Origin: Craspedostauros australis
Lineage: Eukaryota
DNA: 50,058 nucleotides
Assembly: GCA_030167865.1 (NCBI GenBank)
Contig: JALAGF010006326.1
Location: forward strand, 1-50,058
Reading direction: 5' to 3'
Under the pieces are notes generated by a model, which searched no databases, was not told the DNA's origin, and worked only from the letters and a program-made list of their open reading frames with translations. Numbering within the stretch: position 1 is the first letter of the stretch; the number at the start of each line of letters is the position of its first letter. Shown here piece after piece: positions 23,218 through 33,849 of this stretch. The position numbers and the translations under genes are program-made.

Positions 23218-24510
23218 TCAATCGCTGTCGCTATCACCCATCATGGCAGCGAAAAGACCACTGGCGCCCTTGCTGTTGCTGCTCTTGGCGACAGGCCGTC
23301 TCGCAGCAGCTGGCAACCGCCCTCGTGATTTGCTGGGTGCCGATGTCCAGGCGCTGCCAAAGGATGCCTTCGTGGACGCCGACGATGCCGCTGGCGTTGC
23401 CTTCTTCCCCTTCTTCTTGTTGGCAGCCGTCTTGTTACGCGACGCGCAGACATCGCGACAGGCCTGCACACGCGCTTCGAAACCGACATCATCCTCGAAC
23501 CAACCGCGGCTCTTGCGTTCGTATTCCAATATCTCGTCGTCGATCTCATCCTTGCGCGCCAGCGTTTGGGTCTCCTTGATGCTGAGCAAGCGGCCCTTCG
23601 TGGATTCTTCCAACGCCAGCAAGGGACGCAGCTCCAAGTTCAACTTGAGGATCTCATTCTGGAATTTGAGCGGCGTCTGCTTCGTGGACGCGCTGATGTC
23701 GGTGAGCTTGGCCTTTCGTGCTTGCAGTTTCTGCACGAGCTTTGGCTTGTTGTCTTTCGTGGCCGCTTCCAACTTCTCCGTGACCTGCTGCAGCAGCATC
23801 TCCTTCTCCTGCTGCGTGAGCTTGCCATCGTCGACCTGCTGGTGCATCTGGTTGCGCAGCAGCGTGATCTTCTCGTCGAGCGCCGTGGCGGTGTCGTACA
23901 GATCCTGCTCGTTGTCCTCGAGCGGCGTGCCCTTGAGGAGCTTCTGATCGTAGCCATCGATGATGGCCTGGACGGACGTCAGCGCAGCCACGGCTCCCTT
24001 CTTTTGGCTCCACGACGCGCAGCGGCTCTTGATCATGGTCTCGAAGACCTTGACGGAAGACAGCGCGATCATCTCCTCGGGGCTGTTCTTCCTGAGGACC
24101 GGGCTCTGCGTGCTGCCCGCGGCACCGTTCTGCGCATCGTCGCCGCCCGCATCGGCCGCCTGGATGTTGGGGAACACGACGACCGTCTTGAGGTTCTTGC
24201 CCGTGTCATGCTGCATCTTGAAGCTGCCGGCACATTCGCGCACGCAGCTGGCCCCGCGATCCTCCTCGAAGGACAGCTCGCGCAGGGCCGCCGTGACGGC
24301 CTTGGCCGCCCCGTCGTCGTACTTCTGACGGCCCAGCTTGCCGGCGCCCGTCACGAACGTGATGCGGATCATGTCCTGGATGGGCAACGCCTCCTGGAAT
24401 GCCGATTGCATGGTGTTGCGGATGGTCGACACATTCTGACCGGCCAGATCGAACGTGTCGCTCTCCGTCGATCCGCGGATCGCCGCGGCCATTCCGCTGG
24501 CTTGGGCCAT
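23218..24510 (-). CDS. Hypothetical protein with a possible divergent N-terminal Smr-like domain and a C-terminal coiled coil/basic tail
   Basis: 430 aa ORF with strong GC3 bias. The FDLAG and ITFVTGAGK motifs resemble the Smr LDLHG and IITGxG motifs. Confidence 0.8.
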   Translation of the reverse strand: MAQASGMAAAIRGSTESDTFDLAGQNVSTIRNTMQSAFQEALPIQDMIRITFVTGAGKLGRQKYDDGAAKAVTAALRELSFEEDRGASCVRECAGSFKMQHDTGKNLKTVVVFPNIQAADAGGDDAQNGAAGSTQSPVLRKNSPEEMIALSSVKVFETMIKSRCASWSQKKGAVAALTSVQAIIDGYDQKLLKGTPLEDNEQDLYDTATALDEKITLLRNQMHQQVDDGKLTQQEKEMLLQQVTEKLEAATKDNKPKLVQKLQARKAKLTDISASTKQTPLKFQNEILKLNLELRPLLALEESTKGRLLSIKETQTLARKDEIDDEILEYERKSRGWFEDDVGFEARVQACRDVCASRNKTAANKKKGKKATPAASSASTKASFGSAWTSAPSKSRGRLPAAARRPVAKSSNSKGASGLFAAMMGDSDSD

Positions 24511-25178
24511 AGTGTTGGTGGTTGGAGGGAGTGGAGGGGAGTGGAGTGGAGTGCTATTTGTATTCTCAATTGCTGTGTCTGCGATGGTAACACAGTTGGT
24601 GCTTGGTGTTGGTGTTGGTGTGCCGACGAGGTTTGTGGTGACAGCAGAGGTGAGTGCCTGCGAGACAAGGATCTGCTCACATCAAGTACCGTTGGTGCAG
24701 GTGTGGTCATGTGGATTGGGGAACTGTCGTGTTGTTCTTCTTTGGTGTTCGATTTGTGTCAACACACGCACGATCGACGAGACCATTTTTAGACTTACGA
24801 AGTTAGCGATCCAAGGATCGTTTGAGAATGCGAGCGGTCCCGAATCACGAATGCTGTCAACGTGATTGAAAGATACCCAAACACAACATCTTGCAACACT
24901 GTCGCGAAGCCATGAAAACGAACAGCAACAACTGCCGCACATGATGCAGATGTCTCCCGTGGGCGCTCCATTCCGTCCCTCTCTCGCAGCGAGTACTGCC
25001 TCCATCCCTGTCGCCGCTCCATCCTCTCTTCTTGCGCAGACGCAGGCGCTGTCCTCCTGCTCATCATCCTCATCCTCGTCATTCCAAACATTTCAAGAAG
25101 CGGCCAACCAACAGCGCAATGAAGCCCTGGCCTCCCTCTCACAAAGAACGACGAACAACTCTCTCAATTGACAAAGCC

Positions 25179-26366
25179 ATGACAGGATCACTTCGAATGC
25201 TCTCCCGCGTGTTATGGATGGCCATGGCCTTCACGCAAGTGGATTCCTTCGATTTGCGGCAACAGCAAACGCCGTCTCGTGGAAGGAATGTGGCCTGCAG
25301 GTACCGCAACGATCGTGATGAGAATGGTGGGATCGAGGACGATGGCGACGATGGTATCGCACGCAGGATCGATGCGGATGCCAATGTCAAGGCAAGCAAG
25401 GATGCGATGCCATGGTCAGTGCCTCTTCGCGTTGACACAACGCCATTTCTCGAGCGCAAGGACACCATTCTGGGATGCTTGGACGCACTGCACCAACAAC
25501 CACAGCAACAGTCTCAACAACAACAAAGTGGCAAGGGCGCCAACCCACTGCAACCGCCGCACATCACATCCACTTCCCACTGGATCCAACGAGACCTGCT
25601 CACATCCTCCACTGCGGAGATAGTCAACACTCTTGCGTCCGAACTGCTGCATCCGCACCACAAGGATGCGTCACCACAATTCTTCACGACCGAACCAGAG
25701 TGTGCCAAGTTCGATTTCGAATGGCGTTACGCCTACCTGCGATCCATGTCCAACAACCCGGAGCTTGCCTGGACCTTGCGATCTGGACAGTCCAACACGC
25801 ACCCCCTGCGATTTCAATTGAAGCACATTCCCGCGCACACGGTGTTGCCGCTTCAGATCCATGCTGCGTTGGAATTCAACGTGGTGCTGTTGGGACAACT
25901 GCACGTACGCGAACCGTCATGGAATGTCATGTGGGATGATGGCGGCAGTATACAGGAGGGCAACGAGTACGTTCCCAACATCGATGACAACGTATTTCAG
26001 CGACTGCCACAGCACACCTGGGGTTCCGCATTGAACACATTCGAGGAACTGCCAACTGCCGACGAGATGCGAACGATCCGGCAGTATCTGTCACAAAACG
26101 TCGTGGAGATCCTCACAGATGCGTCGGACAATAGTGCTGGTACGCAAAGCGATGCGAAGGAGGGACAGCAACGTGTCGTGGATCGGTTCTTCCGCAATCT
26201 GGAATGGGAGGAATGCGAGCCATGCATGTCATCAGGAGATTGTCGAATGCACGCCGTCGGTTCCATCTCCCAATCGTACACTGGTGATGAATCCTGTCTC
26301 ATCCTGACGTTCGGTTCCGACATCCATGCCTCCTTCGGCGAGACGCGGACGACCACATACGTTTAG
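25179..26366 (+). CDS. Putative cupin-fold (RmlC/ChrR-like) protein with an N-terminal signal/transit peptide
   Basis: Signal ending VDS-F. Cupin-like halves LKHIPAHTVLPLQIHAALEFNVVLLGQLHV and MHAVGSISQSYTGDESCLIL, separated by a long insert. Confidence 0.6.
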   Translation: MTGSLRMLSRVLWMAMAFTQVDSFDLRQQQTPSRGRNVACRYRNDRDENGGIEDDGDDGIARRIDADANVKASKDAMPWSVPLRVDTTPFLERKDTILGCLDALHQQPQQQSQQQQSGKGANPLQPPHITSTSHWIQRDLLTSSTAEIVNTLASELLHPHHKDASPQFFTTEPECAKFDFEWRYAYLRSMSNNPELAWTLRSGQSNTHPLRFQLKHIPAHTVLPLQIHAALEFNVVLLGQLHVREPSWNVMWDDGGSIQEGNEYVPNIDDNVFQRLPQHTWGSALNTFEELPTADEMRTIRQYLSQNVVEILTDASDNSAGTQSDAKEGQQRVVDRFFRNLEWEECEPCMSSGDCRMHAVGSISQSYTGDESCLILTFGSDIHASFGETRTTTYV

Positions 26367-27424
26367 TGTGCGTATTAGTGCAGATCAGAGCAAGTGAAAC
26401 CTTGGGCCAGGGGATTTGTTCGCCTCACCTCAAACCTAGCCATCAACTTGCATCTCTCTACACGCACAGAGTTACTATTGTGACATACTCTTTAATATTA
26501 CACAATATTCTACAATACAGCACTCTACTGTTATGATCGGTGCCCGTTGAGATCTCTCTGCATATAATACATGGTTCGTATAATACATAGGAGCGTCTGG
26601 AATATTGCTCAAACAATACGGAGATGCTTGCGATCGACTGCGGGGAGATCGGCTTTGAACTATCACCGTGGCTTCGTCGCGCAAGTACGACCTGCTCGTG
26701 GGAATGCAAGTCCACGATTGGCAGATCTTCGGCAACAGAAGCAAATAACCCGGATTTGGCGCGCAAAGCTGAAATTCTGTTTTGACATCTGTCACAGAAA
26801 TCCAGTCCACTGTATTTTTTATCTGAACATGTTCTGCGTGCTTCTCCAGAATCATTCAAAATTATTGAGATCTTTATGTATCATAATCTGACGTTGCAAA
26901 GATGTCAAACCGTGCTCCCACATTTTGTTCTTGATGGCTTCGTTCTTTGGAGTTGGGAAACAGAAGAGCGGAGGCAACGTCACGTCTCCCGAGTTGACAT
27001 CGTCCATCTGCGGATCTCGTTCCTCTGTTGTTGGCTGTCGACTTTTTCATTCTTCGGATTGTTCTGTGTTGTGGTTTGGCCAAACAGAGCGAAGAAGAAA
27101 GAAGGATCCTGAGGTGATGCCATCAACACAACGGAAGATCATCATTGCCGTCGTCATCATCATCATCAGCATCATCATCAGTAACAGCAACAACAGCAAC
27201 AGGAAAGACGAAGAATTGACGCAAGCATCCAGGTCGGCAAAGGCCAAGGAAGCCAGAGCGTAACTCTCCCACTTTTGTTTGACGTTCCCGTCATCGCAAG
27301 AAGCCGGTCATTGGCAACTGCAGCAGTCATCCGTCTCTCTCCATTCCTCTTTTTCCTCCACATCATCGCAACTCCAAACGGCACAAGCAACAGCACAAAC
27401 AGCACAAACATCAACAGCAGCACA

Positions 27425-28525
27425 ATGAGATTATCAAACGGAAACCGGCCACCAGCGTATTGCTCGATGCTGTCGCTGGCATTGATTGCCGCAGTCTTCA
27501 CAGCGACGCACCACCAGTGCGGTGCATTCCAATTCCAATCGGCAACATTTCATGCTGCATCACGGCTATCGCTTCGGAATGCACCATCATCATCGCTAGC
27601 ACCGATCAGCAGCCATGCCAGAAATGGTGAGCGTGGAAATACAGCGTCACAACCACACCCTGTCTCCGTCCGTTCGACGCGGCTGTTCATGTCGGACCTC
27701 CCACAGGATACGGCCACGAGCAAGCGCAAGAATGGCAAAGCGTCAACCAAGGATACCCTTGGCAGCGTTTCATCCGAAGAACCCACCATGAACGGCAGCA
27801 GCAACGCCAGTAACGGCGACCAGGCCCTCATCACCCAGAAATCGCAGCAGCAACAGCGAAAACGGCTGCCGAGCTGGAAGGATCTGATCCCGCCACCACC
27901 GGAGGACCAATTCACCATGATCGGCGATCTCTCCTCTCTCTTCATCTACGCCTTTTCGTCTCATTTTTTGAATGATTTCATCGTCAACAACGTCCTGCGC
28001 ACATCGGAAAGCCTCGAGGATGCCCTGCTCGCGTTGGATCCCATGCAGGAGATCACCAACCTCAACATCCCCATCTGGCTCAGCGACCAGCCGCAGCACA
28101 TCCAGCAGCAGGTCCAGCTCGCCGGTCTGCGACACGACCTCCTCGATCATTGGTCACCGCTCTTCTCCACGGCCGGCACTGCCTTCGTGGCCATATCCAC
28201 CTGCTGGCTGCTCGCGGGGTACGTGCACAAGGCGTTCCTGTTCCGCAACACGCTGGAGTGCGACACGTCTCACACCTTGACCAAGACGTTGGAGACATGG
28301 ATCACCTGCGGCATCCTGCTCACGTTGGCGGTCGCCGGATGCAGCGAGTTGGTCAGCCACCTGCCAATGGTCAAGCATTTGCTGGGCATTGGCTGCACGG
28401 AGTGTCTGCAGGAGCATTGGATCACCAAGGCGGACGTCATGTACATCGTCGATAGTTTGACGGTCCTCATCCTGTGGCGCTTCATCATGAACACCATGCT
28501 GGGGTATGGCAACAGCTCCAAATGA
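27425..28525 (+). CDS. Multi-pass membrane protein, probably plastid-targeted (possibly DUF3054-like)
   Basis: Signal ending CGA-F followed by a Ser/Arg-rich transit peptide. About four hydrophobic helices (MIGDLSSLFIYAFSSH; TAFVAISTCWLLAGY; WITCGILLTLAVAG; YIVDSLTVLILWR). Confidence 0.7.
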   Translation: MRLSNGNRPPAYCSMLSLALIAAVFTATHHQCGAFQFQSATFHAASRLSLRNAPSSSLAPISSHARNGERGNTASQPHPVSVRSTRLFMSDLPQDTATSKRKNGKASTKDTLGSVSSEEPTMNGSSNASNGDQALITQKSQQQQRKRLPSWKDLIPPPPEDQFTMIGDLSSLFIYAFSSHFLNDFIVNNVLRTSESLEDALLALDPMQEITNLNIPIWLSDQPQHIQQQVQLAGLRHDLLDHWSPLFSTAGTAFVAISTCWLLAGYVHKAFLFRNTLECDTSHTLTKTLETWITCGILLTLAVAGCSELVSHLPMVKHLLGIGCTECLQEHWITKADVMYIVDSLTVLILWRFIMNTMLGYGNSSK

Positions 28526-28565
28526 AAATTGTATCTGCCGCGGTTCTCCCAGACGGCTTTTCTCC

Positions 28566-28570
28566 GCACG

Positions 28571-28604
<34 letters not shown>
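28566..28604. repeat. (CA)n microsatellite
   Basis: Seen directly. Confidence 0.9.
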
Positions 28605-28606
<2 letters not shown>

Positions 28607-31274
28607 ATTCTATGATGGAGAGTAGACTCATGGCACTTTCCTCTCAAGCGATGTCTTGTCCTGTGCCGTGGTGTGACGCGACGCCCTCGCAGCACTCCAA
28701 TCCTATTGAGTAAGCAATGTTTTGGGGTGCTGTATTGTTGTGCGCGCTGGCAAAGTACTATTACCATGACATCATAATAGTACGGAACTCGCCCCCGCGG
28801 CAAACCAAGCTCTGCTTCTGCGTAGCATGATCACGAGCGCCTTGTCTCCTTTCTCTTTCTCTGGCGGTTCCAGATGCGCACGCGTGCCTTGGAGATCGAG
28901 TGTTGGATTGGATTGCGTTTCTCATCTTCTCTGTGGCGAAAGTAAAGACATTCCGGCTTCCGCACAAGAATGGGGCTCCGCGACGCCCAGAGTATTCGTC
29001 GAATGACGGCATGAGCCGTCCACAAAACACGACCAGAAAGTCGCAAACGGGAGAATTGGTCGAGATGAAACGTTCGTCATCTCCTACCATGGTCATGTGT
29101 GAAAGAAGATCCATCACAAGCAGCCTTCTCGTCTGCGCAACGACGTGCGAATTGCATCAAGGAGAGAGAGAGAGAGACACACACGCACATGCATCCCAGT
29201 TGTGCTCGCGCCAGACAAAATCTGACTTTGTTGCTGGTTAGATTTCCGGCAGAGGAGTTGCTTTGTTCATGACGCCTTGGGAGCAATTCATCCCTCTCCC
29301 ACTCTCTTGTGCAGCAAGTAAACTTCACTTCCATACCATTTCAACCAGAGATGGTCGACTGCGAGTTGCAATCTGAATTTTGAGAGGAACTTCTCACCAA
29401 GCGCTGGTGCCATTTGACTCTGGTTGTGATCGGATTCACTTCGACTTTCCATACCATGCTCTGTATGGTCTTCAGCTTCGACAAAATGGCGTCCTCTGTG
29501 AGTGCATTGTGTGTGGCATAATACGACGCTACAACTGCAGATGTGCACAATGCATTCGATCCATCCTCACCTTCAATGCAGGAAGTGCATTGCGACGATT
29601 CGAGTGTGGCATGGGACTGACAGCTCGCGCACCACGCTCGCAGCTCGTACGCATGGAGCGCGAGTGGAGTTTACCGGCTACTGTTACGACCTATTCTATG
29701 CATGACATCAGAGTTGGTACCAACATCGCCGGCGGCGACAGTGGCGGAAACAGCAACTTCTCCTTCGAATTTCACAAGGTATTCTCCATTGCGAGTGGTG
29801 TTTCTGGTGTTCATGATAACGTAGCAATGTATTTCGCACCGTCAAAGTGCCGCTACGAATACTTCACCTGTGAAAGGGTTTGTACTATTCTCGAGAGTAG
29901 CACCAGTTCCAAATCGTCCTCTACGCAGACGCACCACCTCAACAATCCCTCTCTCTCTCTCCATGCGTACATATAATAACATTCTGCTTCAAGAGCCAGC
30001 GTATGATCTTGTAATAGAAGTCTGCAACTCGTATCCTTGTCTGCATCTTCGTCTGTATCCGTGGCTACACCGACAGGCACGCCTGTGCCGAGCGTTAGTG
30101 TTGGCAAAGGATGCGAAGCCCAACCATCTTCAATTCCCACTCCCACGTGGTTGCACCAAACCACGCGTCCTGTGTGGGGCAAGCTGACTGGTATCGTTGT
30201 TCGACACAACGTTGTGCGTGGGAAGGCGGACGAAAACAGATCAACAACAACACCACAGATCTTCTCACGTACGAAACGTTCGTGAACATCTAACCAGTAC
30301 TGCTGCTCGCCTGCGTGCCTGACGTTATGTAAGGTACTAGCACAGACTTCATTGTGGGAGGTTCTGTTGCGGGTGCGTTCCAACCCCCTCCCGAACGATC
30401 GGAAACCTGGCGAAGATAATTCCGCTGACACCATCGCACACATAAATACTGCGGGATTGCGATAAGTGAACTCGACTTTGACAATTATGGAGGAATCCGT
30501 GGGACGCGGAAGGGATCAACCGGACAGTCGTTCACTTCTTCTTTTTTGGGCAGAAATGCGGGCACAGTATCTCACCGGCACAATGAAAACAACACAACGC
30601 GAGGAAACGAGCACAGCAATGCGGCACAGAACAAAAATCCGCCAGCCAACAGGAACCAAAACATCCCCCATCCCACAGCTGATGCACAGAACGACACCCC
30701 CGAAGAGAGGAACTGCCCCACCATGAACATCCTCTCTCTGCTGACAACCAAAACAACCGACAACAACAGCGACAATAGAAACGAAATATAATATAATACA
30801 TTGTCAACAGCATCAACGATACCAACAAGGGAGCAACAAGAGAGCAACTAAGCTGCAATCAACAACCGCAACCACATCCGGCTCTCTCTGTCGAAACTCC
30901 ATTCACATTTCCCACCATTCCCGGTCCAAACAAATCGAACAGCCATTCACACTCGCATTTTGGACACAAAGGGACAAAACTCGGGGCGCATGCAAACACC
31001 CCATCCCACGACGTCCCACAACTCAAACAGAAAAGCTGCTTGCTGCGAGGCATCCCACCACATCACAACAAATCAATCGCAGCAGACTCCCACGGACGTT
31101 CCAACTCTTCTCGCTTCAAACAGAGAAGATTCAACAGCGGAAGGCCGAAAGAAACACAACCACAGCAGAGGACTCTAACGGAAGCCAAGCAACATCATCG
31201 GAGAGACGCAGCGGACAACAGACGCCAGACAGCAAATAGCGAGTACAGAGCAGAACAGAATCGAGTATCGTGCA

Positions 31275-33692
31275 ATGACCACAAACAACCTCTCTGCCAT
31301 GATGTTCGTGGACGCACAAAGCAAGAGCAAGCCTTCTGGTCTCTTGGGGAACCAAATGCCCACAACAGGGACAACAACAACAACAACAACGGCTCTCAAT
31401 ACCAACACCAGTACCAACACGGCGCAAGCCCCAGCTGCGTTCGGCCCCAACTTCTTCACGCAACATCAAGAACAGCATCAACGCATTCGGTTGCAGCAGC
31501 TCCAGATGCAAATGCAACAACGACAGCAGCTGATGCTCTCCCATAATCGAACCTGGTTTGCCAAGGCCAATCGAATCAGCAACGGTATCAACAATGGCAT
31601 CGTAAGCGGAATGGCGGCCCCAGCGATGCAGTTGAAACCCCAGGCGAACTTTCCCTTCTATCCAATGGCTGGAATGGAGGCCACGGCACCTCGCGTGATA
31701 GCACCTACTGCAGCAACAGCACCACGAACAACACCGTTCGCGCAATCGAACATGCCCGTTCCAACCCCAGTGGTATCTGCGCCAATCGCAGCACCGGCAG
31801 TTGCCGCATCAACAGCGACAACAGTAACAGCACCGAACACAGAAGCCGCAGCCATAGCGGCGGCCGAGATGGATACGGGCACGGCAGAAGCAAAGAAGTC
31901 GGCAGCACCGCAACCAACGACACAGCAACCAGCAGCACAAGCAACGAAACCATCAGCAGCAACAGCAACAGCAACAACAGCTAAGCCACAAACGAACGGT
32001 ATCACCGAACCGAGTCACTGCATGATGTACGAGGGTGACCCGCGCTTCGAGCTGAGCAAAACCAATCAACAACAACGCAAGCGACAACGCAAGCGACAGC
32101 GCAAGACAGTTTTCGATTCCAACCCGCCCTACGACAAGGACGGAATCGTTGATCCGCTGGCCTGCAAGCGCCTCCGATTCCCGGAGCTCCTGTACTGGAT
32201 GCTCGTGTACGCGGAGGAGCTCGGCTTCATGAACCAGCTCGCATGGGCGGACGACTCCTCCTTCGTCATCAACGACCCGCCCCTGTTCACCGCCAGCCTC
32301 CTGCGCATCTTCTTTCCCAACCATTCCTCCTTGCGCTCCTTCGAGCGCATGCTCAACATCTGGGGATTCAATCGACTCATGGGTGGCTTCAATTCCAAGG
32401 GCAGAGCCAAGAGGTTCCCCATCCAGCCCAAGCGATTCGAGCACTACCAGCGCATCTTCAAGCGCGGCGATCCAAACTCATCGCTGCAGATCGAACGCGT
32501 CCAGCAGCTCAATGCCAGCAAGCAGGCCCGCGCCCTCAACCTGCCACGCAAGATCGCCACGATCCGGAGGAGGCGCAAGCAGAACACGACCAGGCCTCCT
32601 GCTGAGAAACAACCGATGGCTGCCGAAGACAAAGCTAAGCCATCGGCACCAAAAGTCGATCGACTGGCACCTGTCGGTCGCTCAGCGAATGAGATCTACG
32701 ATCGAGCCACTCCGGATCAAGTGGCCGCGCAGCGTCAGTCGGATGCTGCGGTTGCTATGGCAGAAACTGCTGCTGCCAACATTTCCGTGACCGCAAAACA
32801 GGTTGCACCTGTGGCCACGCCGGCTTTCCAACATGCACAGCTGGGCGATCCCGCTCTTGTTGCCACGCAAGCGCAGATATCCGACTTCAGGCCCATGATC
32901 AACCTTCCGTATAAGCCAATGGCATCAGCACAACCCACCATACAAAACAAGCAACATGCGAGCTTGTCGCGATCCGTCACATCCACCACTTCCTCTTCGT
33001 CCGCCTCCTCGAACTGCTCGTCATCCGAAGGCTCCGAGTCCACCGACCATCACCATCCACGGCACCTCTCCGTCGCCCGCAGGTCTGACCGCGTCAACCA
33101 CGAAGAAAACGGCCGACCCCACAACAGCCATGTTTCTGCGGACGACAGCACGCGATCGGAGAGCAGTTACAGCACCTCCAGTAGCGACGAGGATTATTCG
33201 ACCTGTCCCGTCACGCCGCCATCACGACGCCGCCGACGCAAGAAGAAGCGCCGCCAGAGGAAGCACGCAGCTCCTTCGCCGCCCATGATGACGGCCCCCA
33301 TGTACATGGCGGGACCTGATGGCACGCCCATCATAGTACAATATATGCCGTACCAACCGCAGCTCATGGCAGGCCCGAACGGCATGGCGGCGGGCATGCA
33401 GCTGATGAACTTCCTTCCGGGCACGCAGCCGCAGATGCTCTTTCCGCCACCGGCGGCTGTCACACAACCCGCAACCTTCGGCACGCCGATGCCTTTGCCG
33501 ATGCCGACAACGTGCGATAGACCACAGGCGGAACAAAAGAATGAGGCATCCGTCTCTGACGAATTCGACTTCCGCAAGGATCCGTGCGCCGTGCCCAAGA
33601 TATCGATGGACCCGACCGAGCATGACCGGAGCATCATGCACGGCGTCGGACGATGCTCTCGGGTTCCCCTCAACCTGGCTCCAGGATGGTAG
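31275..33692 (+). CDS. Heat shock factor (HSF)-type transcription factor
   Basis: HSF DNA-binding domain at ~32175-32480: FPELLYWML..LAW..DSSFVINDP..F..LL..FF..SSLRSFERMLNIWGFNR..F.RG. Flanked by Q/P/A/S-rich low-complexity regions and basic NLS-like tracts. Confidence 0.88.
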   Translation: MTTNNLSAMMFVDAQSKSKPSGLLGNQMPTTGTTTTTTTALNTNTSTNTAQAPAAFGPNFFTQHQEQHQRIRLQQLQMQMQQRQQLMLSHNRTWFAKANRISNGINNGIVSGMAAPAMQLKPQANFPFYPMAGMEATAPRVIAPTAATAPRTTPFAQSNMPVPTPVVSAPIAAPAVAASTATTVTAPNTEAAAIAAAEMDTGTAEAKKSAAPQPTTQQPAAQATKPSAATATATTAKPQTNGITEPSHCMMYEGDPRFELSKTNQQQRKRQRKRQRKTVFDSNPPYDKDGIVDPLACKRLRFPELLYWMLVYAEELGFMNQLAWADDSSFVINDPPLFTASLLRIFFPNHSSLRSFERMLNIWGFNRLMGGFNSKGRAKRFPIQPKRFEHYQRIFKRGDPNSSLQIERVQQLNASKQARALNLPRKIATIRRRRKQNTTRPPAEKQPMAAEDKAKPSAPKVDRLAPVGRSANEIYDRATPDQVAAQRQSDAAVAMAETAAANISVTAKQVAPVATPAFQHAQLGDPALVATQAQISDFRPMINLPYKPMASAQPTIQNKQHASLSRSVTSTTSSSSASSNCSSSEGSESTDHHHPRHLSVARRSDRVNHEENGRPHNSHVSADDSTRSESSYSTSSSDEDYSTCPVTPPSRRRRRKKKRRQRKHAAPSPPMMTAPMYMAGPDGTPIIVQYMPYQPQLMAGPNGMAAGMQLMNFLPGTQPQMLFPPPAAVTQPATFGTPMPLPMPTTCDRPQAEQKNEASVSDEFDFRKDPCAVPKISMDPTEHDRSIMHGVGRCSRVPLNLAPGW

Positions 33693-33849
33693 TTAGAGCA
33701 GATTCTTGGTTCATCGGAAGGCAAATAGCGCACGGGTAGCATACCGTACAATTGATTTCCTTGCGCCGGCGCAGTCTGTGTTCTGGAGTATTATTGTACT
33801 TAATGACGATAAAACACGTTTAGGGATTATTATTATGGAGTAATGGGAA

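Noticed and set aside
23566..24792. 408 aa plus-strand ORF (and 23117..23947)
   Set aside because: Antisense shadow of the GC3-rich gene 23218..24510.
26450..26900. Possible MITE (TACAG ... CTGTA) in an AT-rich intergenic stretch
   Set aside because: The inverted match does not extend beyond 5 bp.
28900..30500. Several 100-200 aa ORFs on both strands (e.g. 29380..29976, 29853..30443)
   Set aside because: No recognisable motifs or consistent codon bias; I cannot distinguish them from chance ORFs or a decayed fragment.
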